From Eledone cirrhosa (taxonomy: Eukaryota), in assembly GCA_964016885.1 (NCBI GenBank), contig OZ024759.1, positions 18,600,001 to 18,664,000 on the forward strand: a DNA stretch of 64,000 bases, written 5' to 3'. Positions 16,176 through 31,859 of the stretch are shown here, piece after piece. The notes below the pieces were generated by a model. That model was not told the origin of the DNA. It saw nothing but the letters and a program-made list of their open reading frames with translations, and made no database searches. Both the position numbers and the translations under genes were made by a program. Position 1 is the first letter of the stretch; each line of letters starts with the position of its first letter.

Positions 16176-16187
16176 TGTATATATATG

Positions 16188-16230
<43 letters not shown>

Positions 16231-16231
16231 G

Positions 16232-16352
<121 letters not shown>

Positions 16353-16363
16353 GTATATATATG

Positions 16364-16412
<49 letters not shown>

Positions 16413-16483
16413 GTATATGTATATTTATATATATATATATATGTATATATATGTATATGTATATATATATATATGTATATGTG

Positions 16484-16514
<31 letters not shown>

Positions 16515-16523
16515 GTATATGTG

Positions 16524-16554
<31 letters not shown>

Positions 16555-16575
16555 GTATATATATATGTATATGTG

Positions 16576-16694
<119 letters not shown>

Positions 16695-16743
16695 GTATAT
16701 ATATGTATATATATATATGTATATATATATATGTATATGTATG

Positions 16744-16990
<247 letters not shown>

Positions 16991-16999
16991 GTATATATG

Positions 17000-17102
<103 letters not shown>

Positions 17103-17103
17103 G

Positions 17104-17184
<81 letters not shown>

Positions 17185-17293
17185 GTATATATATATGTAT
17201 GTATATGTATATAAATATATAATATGTATATATATATATATGTATATATATATGTATATGTATATAAATATATATGTATATATATATATATAT

Positions 17294-17389
<96 letters not shown>

Positions 17390-17472
17390 GTATATGTATA
17401 TGTATATAAATATATATGTATATATATATATATATAGGTATAAATATATATTTATATATTTATATATATATA

Positions 17473-17690
17473 TTGGTAAAAGGAAAAGAAAATGCTGACA
17501 AATTGTTCCCAGTGAAAAATAGTTTCATTAGGAATAAGCAAAAAATTAGTAATAAGTATTGGTTAGTATTCAGTTTTTACCGGTTGCGCATTTCTAACGC
17601 TTTTCCAAAATAATTTTGAGACAGAGCGCTCGTGATGTTTGCTCTAATCTGATCAGTTTTGGAAATTCTACCTGTATTATGTGAAAAAAA
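17473..17690 (-). mobile_element. Family E single arm
   Basis: Homologous to 22829-23240 and 60942-61447. Confidence 0.75.
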
Positions 17691-17799
17691 AAAATATATA
17701 TATATATATACGTACATATATATATACATAGAGATACATAAAATATATATACGTACATATATATATATATATACATAGAGATACATAAAATATATATAC

Positions 17800-17834
<35 letters not shown>

Positions 17835-17904
17835 AAATATATATACGTACATATATATATACATAGAGATACATAAAATATATATACGTACATATATATA
17901 TATA

Positions 17905-17944
<40 letters not shown>

Positions 17945-17998
17945 AAATATATATACGTACATATATATATATATACACATATAAATACATGTACGTAC

Positions 17999-18052
<54 letters not shown>

Positions 18053-18111
18053 GTATACATACATATATACATTCATACATATATACATAAACATACATAC
18101 ATACTCATATT

Positions 18112-18140
<29 letters not shown>

Positions 18141-18150
<10 letters not shown>

Positions 18151-18480
18151 AGAACAAAAGATGGTTAAAAGAGTTCCATGTATTTTATTATGCTCATTTC
18201 AAAAACAAATATCATCATGCAATAATATTTGTGTTTTCATTAGATAAAACAGGAAGACATGATATGAAGGTTAAAAAACACTTGTGGATAGTGCAGTTTT
18301 AAATCAACATATGCATGATGATATTTGTTTTTGAAATGCGCATAATAAAATACATGGAACTCTTTTAACCATCTTTTGTTCTTATATATTATGTATACTC
18401 CAGTCCTACAAACTGTAGAGTGCTTCTTATCCGATATCTGCATTGCTTTATTGTACTACAATAAAACTCACCTCCTACAT
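18141..18480 (+). mobile_element. Family A fold-back element with asymmetric junction and tail
   Basis: Left arm 18141-18312. The right arm restarts inside HHR stem II (gcatgatgatatttg) and runs through the same tail as 1255-1341. Confidence 0.85.
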
Positions 18481-19204
18481 ATATATATATATATATATAT
18501 AAATAAGCACAACAAATACATACATATGTGTATATATAATGCATAGGGGTTAAAAATGCTGCAATTTTATATCCACGTAATTCCGTATGTACGTCATATA
18601 TTTCCTTCTATATATGGGAACTTACATATCTGCATCCCATTAATGCCCTGAAATGCTGAATCGTATGAACGAAATTGCATTTACGCAACACGACATAACA
18701 TGTATTTGAACTAATGTATAATGCTTTTGTTGAAATAGAAATGTCTTCTAGCCATTTTGTTTACGAAAAATAAAAAGTATGGGCTCTCGTTGAGTATATG
18801 AAGTGCAAAGATGTTGAGAAATGACATTGACTGCCTATTTGGTTTTAAAAAATAAACGCATTGCTTGTCAACTTACTCACGGCTATACTTATCGTACAGT
18901 TCAGAAAATACATAAATACAATATTCCCTGAAAATAATTAATATTTTATACATATATTTGCATATATATCGAGTACACGCGTTTAGCTCCCGCCTCTCTC
19001 TCACTCTATACATACATATATATGTGTATATATACATATATATGTGTATATATGCATATATATATACATACACACACACACATATATACATATATTCACA
19101 CACACACACACATATATATATATTCACACACACACACACATATATATATATTCACACATACATATATATATTCACATATATATATATATATTTATATATA
19201 TATT

Positions 19205-19237
<33 letters not shown>

Positions 19238-19238
19238 T

Positions 19239-19271
<33 letters not shown>

Positions 19272-19272
19272 T

Positions 19273-19307
<35 letters not shown>

Positions 19308-19340
19308 TCACATATATATATATATATTTATATATATATT

Positions 19341-19379
<39 letters not shown>

Positions 19380-19489
19380 GTAATAAAATGAAAACGAAAT
19401 TTCATTTCTCACTCTTAGTACGGCACTTACTTAAATGTAAGTATGTATGTATACGTACATACATATATGTATACAGACGTACAGTAGCA

Positions 19490-19525
<36 letters not shown>

Positions 19526-19676
19526 CAGGTACACATACATATATGTACGTATCAGTTTAGCGGACGCTTATTATAGCGCCCGCTTTGTTCGTTTGTAAAC
19601 AAACTGAACAGCCTGAATTTATGCCGTACGGTGTTAAGGCAACCACGTCACCTTTTTGTTCAACACTGACACAGGA

Positions 19677-19719
19677 ACGATGTACTAGTTTCAAGCTTGT
19701 TAGCTATCATCAGCATCGT
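19677..19719 (-). ncRNA. Hammerhead ribozyme, inverted retrozyme unit
   Basis: Reverse complement of 20275-20317. Confidence 0.85.
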
Positions 19720-20006
19720 ATACCCTTCTGCCAGATGGTTGAACGTTCGAAAGTATATACTTTCCTTATGAAAATTAACGGCTGAGCAGCCTAATTTGCA
19801 TATCGAGTGAGTCCGGCCAGGCGTACCGAGAACGACAAGTTGTAATAAAATGAAAACGAAATTTCATTTCTCACTCTTAGTACGGCACTTACTTAAATGT
19901 AAGTATGTATGTATACGTACATACATATATGTATACAGACGTACAGTAGCGGGCGCTATAATAAGCGTCCGCTAAACTGATACGTACATATATGTATGTG
20001 TACCTG

Positions 20007-20042
<36 letters not shown>

Positions 20043-20274
20043 TGCTACTGTACGTCTGTATACATATATGTATGTACGTATACATACATACTTACATTTA
20101 AGTAAGTGCCGTACTAAGAGTGAGAAATGAAATTTCGTTTTCATTTTATTACAACTTGTCGTTCTCGGTACGCCTGGCCGGACTCACTCGATATGCAAAT
20201 TAGGCTGCTCAGCCGTTAATTTTCATAAGGAAAGTATATACTTTCGAACGTTCAACCATCTGGCAGAAGGGTAT

Positions 20275-20317
20275 ACGATGCTGATGATAGCTAACAAGCT
20301 TGAAACTAGTACATCGT
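20275..20317 (+). ncRNA. Hammerhead ribozyme, retrozyme unit (also 20735-20777, 21195-21237, 21655-21697, 22115-22157)
   Basis: ACGATG CTGATGA t AGC-taacaa-GCT t GAAAC TA GTA CATCGT. 6-bp stem I, palindromic ACTAGT helix III, predicted cleavage after GUA (20311). Confidence 0.88.
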
Positions 20318-20468
20318 TCCTGTGTCAGTGTTGAACAAAAAGGTGACGTGGTTGCCTTAACACCGTACGGCATAAATTCAGGCTGTTCAGTTTGTTTACA
20401 AACGAACAAAGCGGGCGCTATAATAAGCGTCCGCTAAACTGATACGTACATATATGTATGTGTACCTG

Positions 20469-20499
<31 letters not shown>

Positions 20500-20928
20500 G
20501 CATGCTACTGTACGTCTGTATACATATATGTATGTACGTATACATACATACTTACATTTAAGTAAGTGCCGTACTAAGAGTGAGAAATGAAATTTCGTTT
20601 TCATTTTATTACAACTTGTCGTTCTCGGTACGCCTGGCCGGACTCACTCGATATGCAAATTAGGCTGCTCAGCCGTTAATTTTCATAAGGAAAGTATATA
20701 CTTTCGAACGTTCAACCATCTGGCAGAAGGGTATACGATGCTGATGATAGCTAACAAGCTTGAAACTAGTACATCGTTCCTGTGTCAGTGTTGAACAAAA
20801 AGGTGACGTGGTTGCCTTAACACCGTACGGCATAAATTCAGGCTGTTCAGTTTGTTTACAAACGAACAAAGCGGGCGCTATAATAAGCGTCCGCTAAACT
20901 GATACGTACATATATGTATGTGTACCTG

Positions 20929-20959
<31 letters not shown>

Positions 20960-21388
20960 GCATGCTACTGTACGTCTGTATACATATATGTATGTACGTA
21001 TACATACATACTTACATTTAAGTAAGTGCCGTACTAAGAGTGAGAAATGAAATTTCGTTTTCATTTTATTACAACTTGTCGTTCTCGGTACGCCTGGCCG
21101 GACTCACTCGATATGCAAATTAGGCTGCTCAGCCGTTAATTTTCATAAGGAAAGTATATACTTTCGAACGTTCAACCATCTGGCAGAAGGGTATACGATG
21201 CTGATGATAGCTAACAAGCTTGAAACTAGTACATCGTTCCTGTGTCAGTGTTGAACAAAAAGGTGACGTGGTTGCCTTAACACCGTACGGCATAAATTCA
21301 GGCTGTTCAGTTTGTTTACAAACGAACAAAGCGGGCGCTATAATAAGCGTCCGCTAAACTGATACGTACATATATGTATGTGTACCTG

Positions 21389-21419
<31 letters not shown>

Positions 21420-21848
21420 GCATGCTACTGTACGTCTGTATACATATATGTATGTACGTATACATACATACTTACATTTAAGTAAGTGCCGTACTAAGAG
21501 TGAGAAATGAAATTTCGTTTTCATTTTATTACAACTTGTCGTTCTCGGTACGCCTGGCCGGACTCACTCGATATGCAAATTAGGCTGCTCAGCCGTTAAT
21601 TTTCATAAGGAAAGTATATACTTTCGAACGTTCAACCATCTGGCAGAAGGGTATACGATGCTGATGATAGCTAACAAGCTTGAAACTAGTACATCGTTCC
21701 TGTGTCAGTGTTGAACAAAAAGGTGACGTGGTTGCCTTAACACCGTACGGCATAAATTCAGGCTGTTCAGTTTGTTTACAAACGAACAAAGCGGGCGCTA
21801 TAATAAGCGTCCGCTAAACTGATACGTACATATATGTATGTGTACCTG

Positions 21849-21879
<31 letters not shown>

Positions 21880-22308
21880 GCATGCTACTGTACGTCTGTA
21901 TACATATATGTATGTACGTATACATACATACTTACATTTAAGTAAGTGCCGTACTAAGAGTGAGAAATGAAATTTCGTTTTCATTTTATTACAACTTGTC
22001 GTTCTCGGTACGCCTGGCCGGACTCACTCGATATGCAAATTAGGCTGCTCAGCCGTTAATTTTCATAAGGAAAGTATATACTTTCGAACGTTCAACCATC
22101 TGGCAGAAGGGTATACGATGCTGATGATAGCTAACAAGCTTGAAACTAGTACATCGTTCCTGTGTCAGTGTTGAACAAAAAGGTGACGTGGTTGCCTTAA
22201 CACCGTACGGCATAAATTCAGGCTGTTCAGTTTGTTTACAAACGAACAAAGCGGGCGCTATAATAAGCGTCCGCTAAACTGATACGTACATATATGTATG
22301 TGTACCTG

Positions 22309-22339
<31 letters not shown>

Positions 22340-22420
22340 GCATGCTACTGTACGTCTGTATACATATATGTATGTACGTATACATACATACTATATATAT
22401 ATATTTATATATATTCACAC

Positions 22421-22452
<32 letters not shown>

Positions 22453-22580
22453 TTATATATATTCACACATATATATATACATATATTCACACATATATAT
22501 ATATTTATATATATATATATTCATACACATATATATATATATATATATATAAGTATATATATATATTTATATATATATAT

Positions 22581-22813
22581 ATTAAAATAACAGATTAAAG
22601 TTTAAGCAAAGAATCGCTGTTTTCACCCTTAACGGGACCATCTGAAACTTGAGTTTCAGAAGATCCCGTTAAGGGTGAAAGCAGCGATTCTTTGCTTAAA
22701 CTTTAATCTGTTATTTTAATAAATATTTGCTCTACGGTTCTTATATATTTTATATATATTTATCCTTATCGAGCCCTCTTTGGATTTTAGTCTTCAAATT
22801 TATTATTATTACT
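22581..22813 (+). mobile_element. Fold-back HHR element, family D (palindrome 22581-22720 plus tail)
   Basis: HHR variant 22652-22702: AGTTT CAGAAGA t CCC-gttaa-GGG t GAA AGCA..TGCT T AAACT. Homologs at 24157-24500 (-) and tail-only 1387-1434. Confidence 0.75.
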
Positions 22814-22828
22814 ATATATATATATAAT

Positions 22829-23240
22829 TAAAAAGGAAAAGAAAATTCTGACAAACTTTTCCCAGTGAAAAATAGTTTAATTAGGAATAAGTATAAATTA
22901 GTAATAAGTATTGGCTAGTATTCAGTTTTAGTTTTAAGTTCTTATCGGTTGCGCATTTCTAATGCTTTTCAAAAATATTTTTGAGATAGAGCGCTCGTGA
23001 TGTTTGCTCTAATCAGATTAGAGCAAACATCACGAGCGCTCTATCTGTAAAATATTTTTGAAAAGCATTAGAAATGCGCAACCGGTAAGAACTTAAAACT
23101 AAAACTGAATACTAACCAATACTTATTACTAATTTATACTTATTCCTAATTGAACTATTTTTCACTGGGAAAAGTTTGTCAGAATTTTCTTTTCCTTTTT
23201 ACTAATATATCACAACTCGTGTGTCACACCTCTACTTTTT
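22829..23240 (+). mobile_element. Family E fold-back element (palindrome ~22829-23201 plus tail)
   Basis: ~185-bp arms centred on ctctaatc-a-gattagag (23015). Tail atatatcacaactcgtgtgtcacacctcta. Confidence 0.85.
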
Positions 23241-23683
23241 TAAATATATATATATATATATGTATATATGTGTGTGGGTGGGTGGGTGGGTGGAGGGATG
23301 GAGGTCGTAGTAATAGCATTCAGCGCGTACATTTTCTCTACTGTAAGTTTTCTATGGTACTCTAGCTAAAATCTTATATCCTCCGCTATATTATTTCAAC
23401 ACCCAACATTTACAACTGCTAAATAAAAGAGATAAATTGCACTCACAACACTTATCACTACAAAATACTAGCAGAAACCTGGCATGAGATCCTGAAAGAA
23501 GAAAAGAGTATATGGAGTAGTAACAATGGTTTTATTTCAGTATAGTGAAGATTCCATGATTTAAGCTTTTATTCTTTTGTTAATGGAAACGTTGTTATAT
23601 AGTGATTGTTTTTTTATTTTTATTGATCACATTGATAGAAAGGTGCTAAAAGATAGACTGAACCACTAACTTCAATGTGTTTC

Positions 23684-23729
<46 letters not shown>

Positions 23730-23810
23730 CAACAGTGACATAAACAGATACTCAAGTTGCGTTGGGTTCTGGGCCCCAATTCATTCGGCCTGTCATGAGA
23801 TAGAGAACAA

Positions 23811-23854
<44 letters not shown>

Positions 23855-24049
23855 AAGAATTCATATCTAGTAACATATATATACATACAGATGCATATCA
23901 ATGCTAGCAAATATATACGTTTTGTCTTAATAACAGTGTGGTTCAATGCATGGGGTTGCAGAACAATAATATAAGAGACGTAAAATAAGAAAATTATAAA
24001 ATTAACTTACTTACTAAAATAAGTAAGTTAATTTTATTATTTTACGTCT

Positions 24050-24119
<70 letters not shown>

Positions 24120-24156
24120 TATATAAATAAATATATATATATATATATATATATAG

Positions 24157-24500
24157 TAATAATAATAATAAATTTGAAGACTAAAATCCAAAGAGGACTC
24201 GGTAGGGATAAATATATATCAAATATATAAGAACCGTAGAGCTATGATTTATTAAAATAACAGATTAAAGTTTAAGCAAAGACTCGCTGCTTTCACAATT
24301 AACGGGATCTTCTGAAACTAAAAACATCAATCCGTGAACACATTTAGTGTTCACTTTTCTCCTATTTTACACCTAATTCTGTTTAATTGACTGTATATCT
24401 GGGCGATTACGCTGTCGAAATATTCGATAAATATTCCGTCGCAGCCGGCGCGAAGGGCTGGTTTCGGTTATTTGTTGGAGATTTCTTCATAGAAGCCTTA
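24157..24500 (-). mobile_element. Family D longer copy with HHR variant at 24269-24319
   Basis: Reverse complement of 22652-22813, extended 5'. Confidence 0.7.
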
Positions 24501-24928
24501 TTCTTATAGCTTGGTCTATTCGACTTTTTTATATGGTAAATTATGCTAATTGGGAGAGGAAATGGTATATATTTTATCTGGTGATTCTATAGACATGTTT
24601 TATGATATATATATATATATATTACATATATGCATATAATATATTATATAAGTAATGACTTATTTTATGGCCACCATATAATAATGATAATAGTAATTTT
24701 TATTATTATTAACATTAATAGTATTTCTTACGTAATAAAGCCAATGAACACTGAATGCAATAAATTTGGTTTGAAGTTGACTATTGATTCTTTCCCAATT
24801 CTTACATTTTACCCAAATCCTTCATCTTATTACGCCACACCCCTCCCCTCTTTTACGATATATTACTATCTATCGCACTATCTTTCTATACTTTCAAAGA
24901 ACACCGATATAGATAAACATACAGATAC

Positions 24929-24997
<69 letters not shown>

Positions 24998-25125
24998 AAA
25001 TAATTCAATAATATATACATGTAAAACATATATATATATACATACATATATAATATATAATAATATATATATATCTAAAACATATATATATATATATCTA
25101 AAACATATATATATATATATCTAAA

Positions 25126-25160
<35 letters not shown>

Positions 25161-25481
25161 AAATATATATACAATAATATATATATGTAAAAGATATACA
25201 TATACATATATAATATATATAATAATATATATATATAAAACATATATATATATAATAATATATATATATAAAACATATATATATATAATAATATATATAT
25301 ATATATAATAAACATATATATATATATATAAAACATATATATAATAATATTTATATGTAAAACATATATATATATAATAAACATATATAGATTAAATATA
25401 TATATATATATATAATAAATATATATAAAACATATATATAATAATATATATTTTTCAAATATATATGTATATATAATAAAC

Positions 25482-25530
<49 letters not shown>

Positions 25531-25611
25531 ATAAACATAACATATATAAAACATATCTATAATAATATATATTTGAAAAATATATATGTATATATAATAA
25601 ACATATAAATA

Positions 25612-25642
<31 letters not shown>

Positions 25643-26062
25643 TATAAACATAAATATTATATATATATACATATATATACATATATATATATTATAAACA
25701 TATATATATATTATAAACATATATATTATATATATATACATATATATATGTATATGTTTATATATATACATATATATATATATATATTATAAACATATAT
25801 ATTATATATATATACATATATATATATATACATATATATATATTATAAACATATATATATCATAATCATATATATTATATATATATACATATATATATAT
25901 GTATATGTTTATATATATACATATATATATATGTGTCTATATATATGTATTATAAATATTCACTATATTTGCAATATTTACATAGTTATTGACAGGTAAG
26001 AAATGACTATCTCTCTCATTATTACACACACACACACACACACACATACACACACACACACG

Positions 26063-26120
<58 letters not shown>

Positions 26121-26431
26121 TTTCCAATAATTTATAATGCGGTTGATAACCAATACTTTTTTCCTTTCTTCCATAACAATGTATAATGAAAGTAATAATC
26201 ACATATATGCTTTCCTCTCTCCGTCACTGTTGTATACACACACACACACCCACATACATATATATATATATACACCAGGCACACACACTCTTCACTTCCT
26301 TCTACCAACCACACTTTCCCCTTCTCTCTTCACACCCTCATTCTCTCAGTCCCACACACACGCATACACGCCTTCATGAGCAAAATACCAACAGATTGCA
26401 AATGATAATAATAATAACAATAATACTAACA

Positions 26432-26471
<40 letters not shown>

Positions 26472-27509
26472 TAAATAAATGAATAAATAAATAAATAAAA
26501 ACAGCGCATGAAGAAAGAAACTAATACAATGAAAATCCTGTGAGGAAGCTAGTCATTATAGATATCAATAAAACCTTCGCATATAAGGGTTAACACGTTC
26601 ATAATCAATACCGTGAATCGAATTTATAGAATAAATATATAAACAAATAAACAAATGTATACAAAAATTAAACAAATATAAGACTAATCGATGAAAACTA
26701 TACTACATCAGTGAATACAAGTCAAAGGAAATTGAAGGCGAGTATAATGAAAATCAACATCATGAAAATTTCTTAGAAAAAGCACAAGAAATTTGGTAAA
26801 AAGGGAATGGACCTCCTTCGATTTCGGCGATGAGTTTCACTTATTCTATCTACGTAATATCCTGTTCGAGAAATTGACGTTAAGATTTCTGAGTAATGTG
26901 CCCCTTATGTATTTCTCAGGAAGATTCAGCGTGACAGTTTGGAATATGGCTGGCCATTTGAATTACATTTAACATCGGCGGGATTTGGAATAAATAAAGT
27001 AAACAAAGAGCTGTAACAAAATGTTAGGAAGCATAGCATAGTGTCTGGTGCTCTACTGATTCTGCCAATTAATCACCCTCCGTAGAGGACAATACAATAT
27101 AAATGGACTGTGGAGATTTTCATATAGATATGTAAACAGAGAGCAACCTCCATCCCCTAAAAAAAAAACAGGTAACGAATAACAACAAATTTGTAACAGA
27201 CTTCCCAAATAATGGTGAGTAAAATCCAAAGATAATTTAGTATTCCCAAAGGTCCGAGACGACACCGATCACCAAGAACATAATAGAAAAGAGCCACTCC
27301 GCTTTCTTCTCTCATGCCAGCAGCAAATAGTAATTTTCAATCTAAGAACATAGCCAATAATTTGTGGGGAGTGGAAATTTGATTATATCAACCCCAGTAC
27401 ATGGCTGGTATTTTATTTTATCGAACTAGGAAGGATGAAAGGGACAGTTGGTTTCGGTAGGATTTGAACTAAGAACGTATATAGTCGGGATATTAACGAT
27501 AATAGGGGA

Positions 27510-28520
27510 GTAAAAGAATTAGCAGGACTAGACAAAAGAAAAACAAGAAAAGTAATGACCGCATTTAAAAAAACACCACCCAAAATCAGATGCTGAAAGA
27601 TTATACCTACCACGAACATAGGGAGGTAGAGGCTTTATGCAACTAGAAAATTAATACAAAGAAACAAAAACTGTTTTCTATGTTCAAGGAATCTGATAAA
27701 TTTAAAACAGAATCTGAATTGACGGATAATTATGAGGAAAATGAAAACACAGATGAAACAAACTCTGAAAAGGATAAAATCCAAATTGAAAATAGATCTT
27801 CAGAATGCTAAGCTAAAACGATGACAAGAAAAACCAATAACTGTAACAAAAACCAATTACTGTAAAAATGAATAAGGTGGAAGAGGACAAGCAAAATTCC
27901 GAAAACTTGTTAAGTCGCACTTAACGAAAACCCAAAACTGAAGAAGTTCTAATTGCTTCACAAGATCGAAGACTCCGCACCAGAAACCACCAAAAATATA
28001 TAATCAAACAGAATACAGCAAGTGACTGCAGAATATGTGGTGATGGAGAAGTAACAATTAATCACATTATTTCTAGCTCCCCCCAAAACATATCCACAAA
28101 CATGATAGAGTTGGTATTTACATACACTGAATGTTTTGCCAAATCTACAAAATACCAACAGAAAAAAGGTGATAAAAACACTCACCAGAAAAGGTGTCAG
28201 AGAATGACGAAGCAACCGTAGCCTGGGGTATTCCAATAAAGACAGGGAAATCAAAGACAACCAACAGGATATAGTCAAAGACCACAAAAAAGTTTTGTAA
28301 TTGACTTTTGTGTCCCTTCAGACAATAATATATATATCAAAGAAATGGAGAAATAATCCAAGTATAAAAATCACCCGAATGTGGAGGATGAAAACAGAAA
28401 TAAGCCCTAAAATGATAAATGCCCTGGAAATAATAAAAACACACAGAGACCGTTACATGATGAAGCTCTTAAACATAGTGATATTAGGCAGTACACGGAT
28501 TCAGAAAAGTACTCCCAATA
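27510..28520 (+). pseudogene. Decayed R4/Dong-like non-LTR retrotransposon C-terminus (restriction-like endonuclease type)
   Basis: Frameshifted motifs in the expected order: RLYLPRT*GGRGFMQLE (27598), KTEEVLIASQDR, CRICGDGEVTINHIISSS (28027), NQQDIV, IDFCVPSDN, ITRMWRMKTEISPKMINALE, VILGSTRI. Confidence 0.75.
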
Positions 28521-28632
28521 CAATAAAAATACCACCACCAAAAACAACACAGCACGTACACAGAACTGTGTTCGATGAAGCAGAAACAACACGCAATAAA
28601 AATCAGACCAACATTATGACTAATATTATCAT

Positions 28633-29325
28633 TACGATCTGAGTTCAAATCCCGCCGAGGTTGACTTTGCCTTTCATCGATAAAATAAAGTACCAGTAAT
28701 GCACTGGGTAATTGCTGGCCTTGTGCCTAAAGTAGAAACAATTATCATTATTGGTGGATTGGCAGTATCGGTAGAGGGTCAGACGCCATGCTTTGACACA
28801 TAGAGTTACGACCCTTGCCATTCTTAGTTCAAATCCAGCCGCGGTTAACTTTGCCTTTCATCCTTATGGGGTCGATAAAATAAAGTACCAGTAATGTACT
28901 GGGTAATTGCAGGACAATAGTAGAAACAATTATTATGCCTTTCATCCTTACGGGGTCGATAAAATAAAGTACCAGTAATGTACTGGGTAATTGCAGGACA
29001 ATAGTAGAAACAATTATTATGCCTTTCATCCTTACGGGGTCGATAAAATAAAGTACCAGTAATACACTGGATAACTGCTGGCCTTGTGCCAAACGTTGAA
29101 ACAATTATTATCAATACTGCGTAAGAATAACATGTAGTAGTAGTAGTAGTAATTGTTTCTACTTTTGGCACAATCATCCCAGTGCATTACTGGTACTTTA
29201 TTTTATCGACCCCGTAAGGATGAAAAGCAAAGTTAACCTCGGCGGGATTCGAACCCAGAATCGCAAGGGCCGTAACTCTATGCGTCAAAGAATAGCGTCC
29301 GACCCTCTACTGTCCATCCACCAGC
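28633..29325. mobile_element. SINE cluster: partial (+) 28633-28745, full (+) 28751-29110 with 84-bp internal triplication, full (-) 29150-29325
   Basis: Same family as 2093-2280. gcctttcatcctta recurs at 28853, 28937 and 29021. Confidence 0.9.
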
Positions 29326-29526
29326 AATAATAATAATAATAATAATATTAATAATATAGAAATAAAAGCATTCTAAAGGGAAAAAAAGACATTGAACCAA
29401 ATGAATAATGTCTTAATGTTTTGCAAAAAATAAAAATAATAAAAATCATGAAGAAAAATGTGATAAAATAGGCAGAGAATTATTGATGAAAAGCAAACAG
29501 AGAATATGTTTAAAAACTGAATTGAT

Positions 29527-29569
<43 letters not shown>

Positions 29570-29707
29570 AATAAACACAGCATCTTGAAAAATAGTACAT
29601 CCTGAGAGAAGGGAAACGACGAATCAATAGAAACTACCCGAACATCGGTATATCGGTACATAATGGTAAAGAGGTACAACCAATATGAACTGAACCTCAT
29701 TGGATAA

Positions 29708-31761
<2,054 letters not shown>

Positions 31762-31859
31762 ATGAGTGCAATGTATACATTTATATATGGTTGAGCCAGG
31801 AGGTAGAATAGTAAATATATGCAGACATGATAGTCAGATAGCATGAAAGAGCTAGGAAA

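Larger units (their letters stand above)
19378..22391 (+). mobile_element. Retrozyme-like tandem array: 460-bp unit, ~5.3 direct copies (19949-22391) plus ~1.2 inverted copies (19378-19950)
   Basis: Unit starts gcgggcgcta at 19949, 20411, 20871, 21331, 21791 and 22251. Units look identical apart from one TA dinucleotide. One intact HHR per unit. TA-rich flanks. Confidence 0.9.

Noticed and set aside
19585-22249. 66-aa ORF repeated in each 460-bp unit
   Set aside because: Non-ATG start, antisense to the hammerhead, no recognisable motif. Recurrence only reflects the tandem repeat.
29600-29660. Hammerhead-like ctgagagaaggg...cccgaacatcggta; similar weak motifs at ~125-157, 34851-34890 and 47487-47545
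   Set aside because: Core boxes are mutated and stem I cannot be shown. Too decayed to call by eye.
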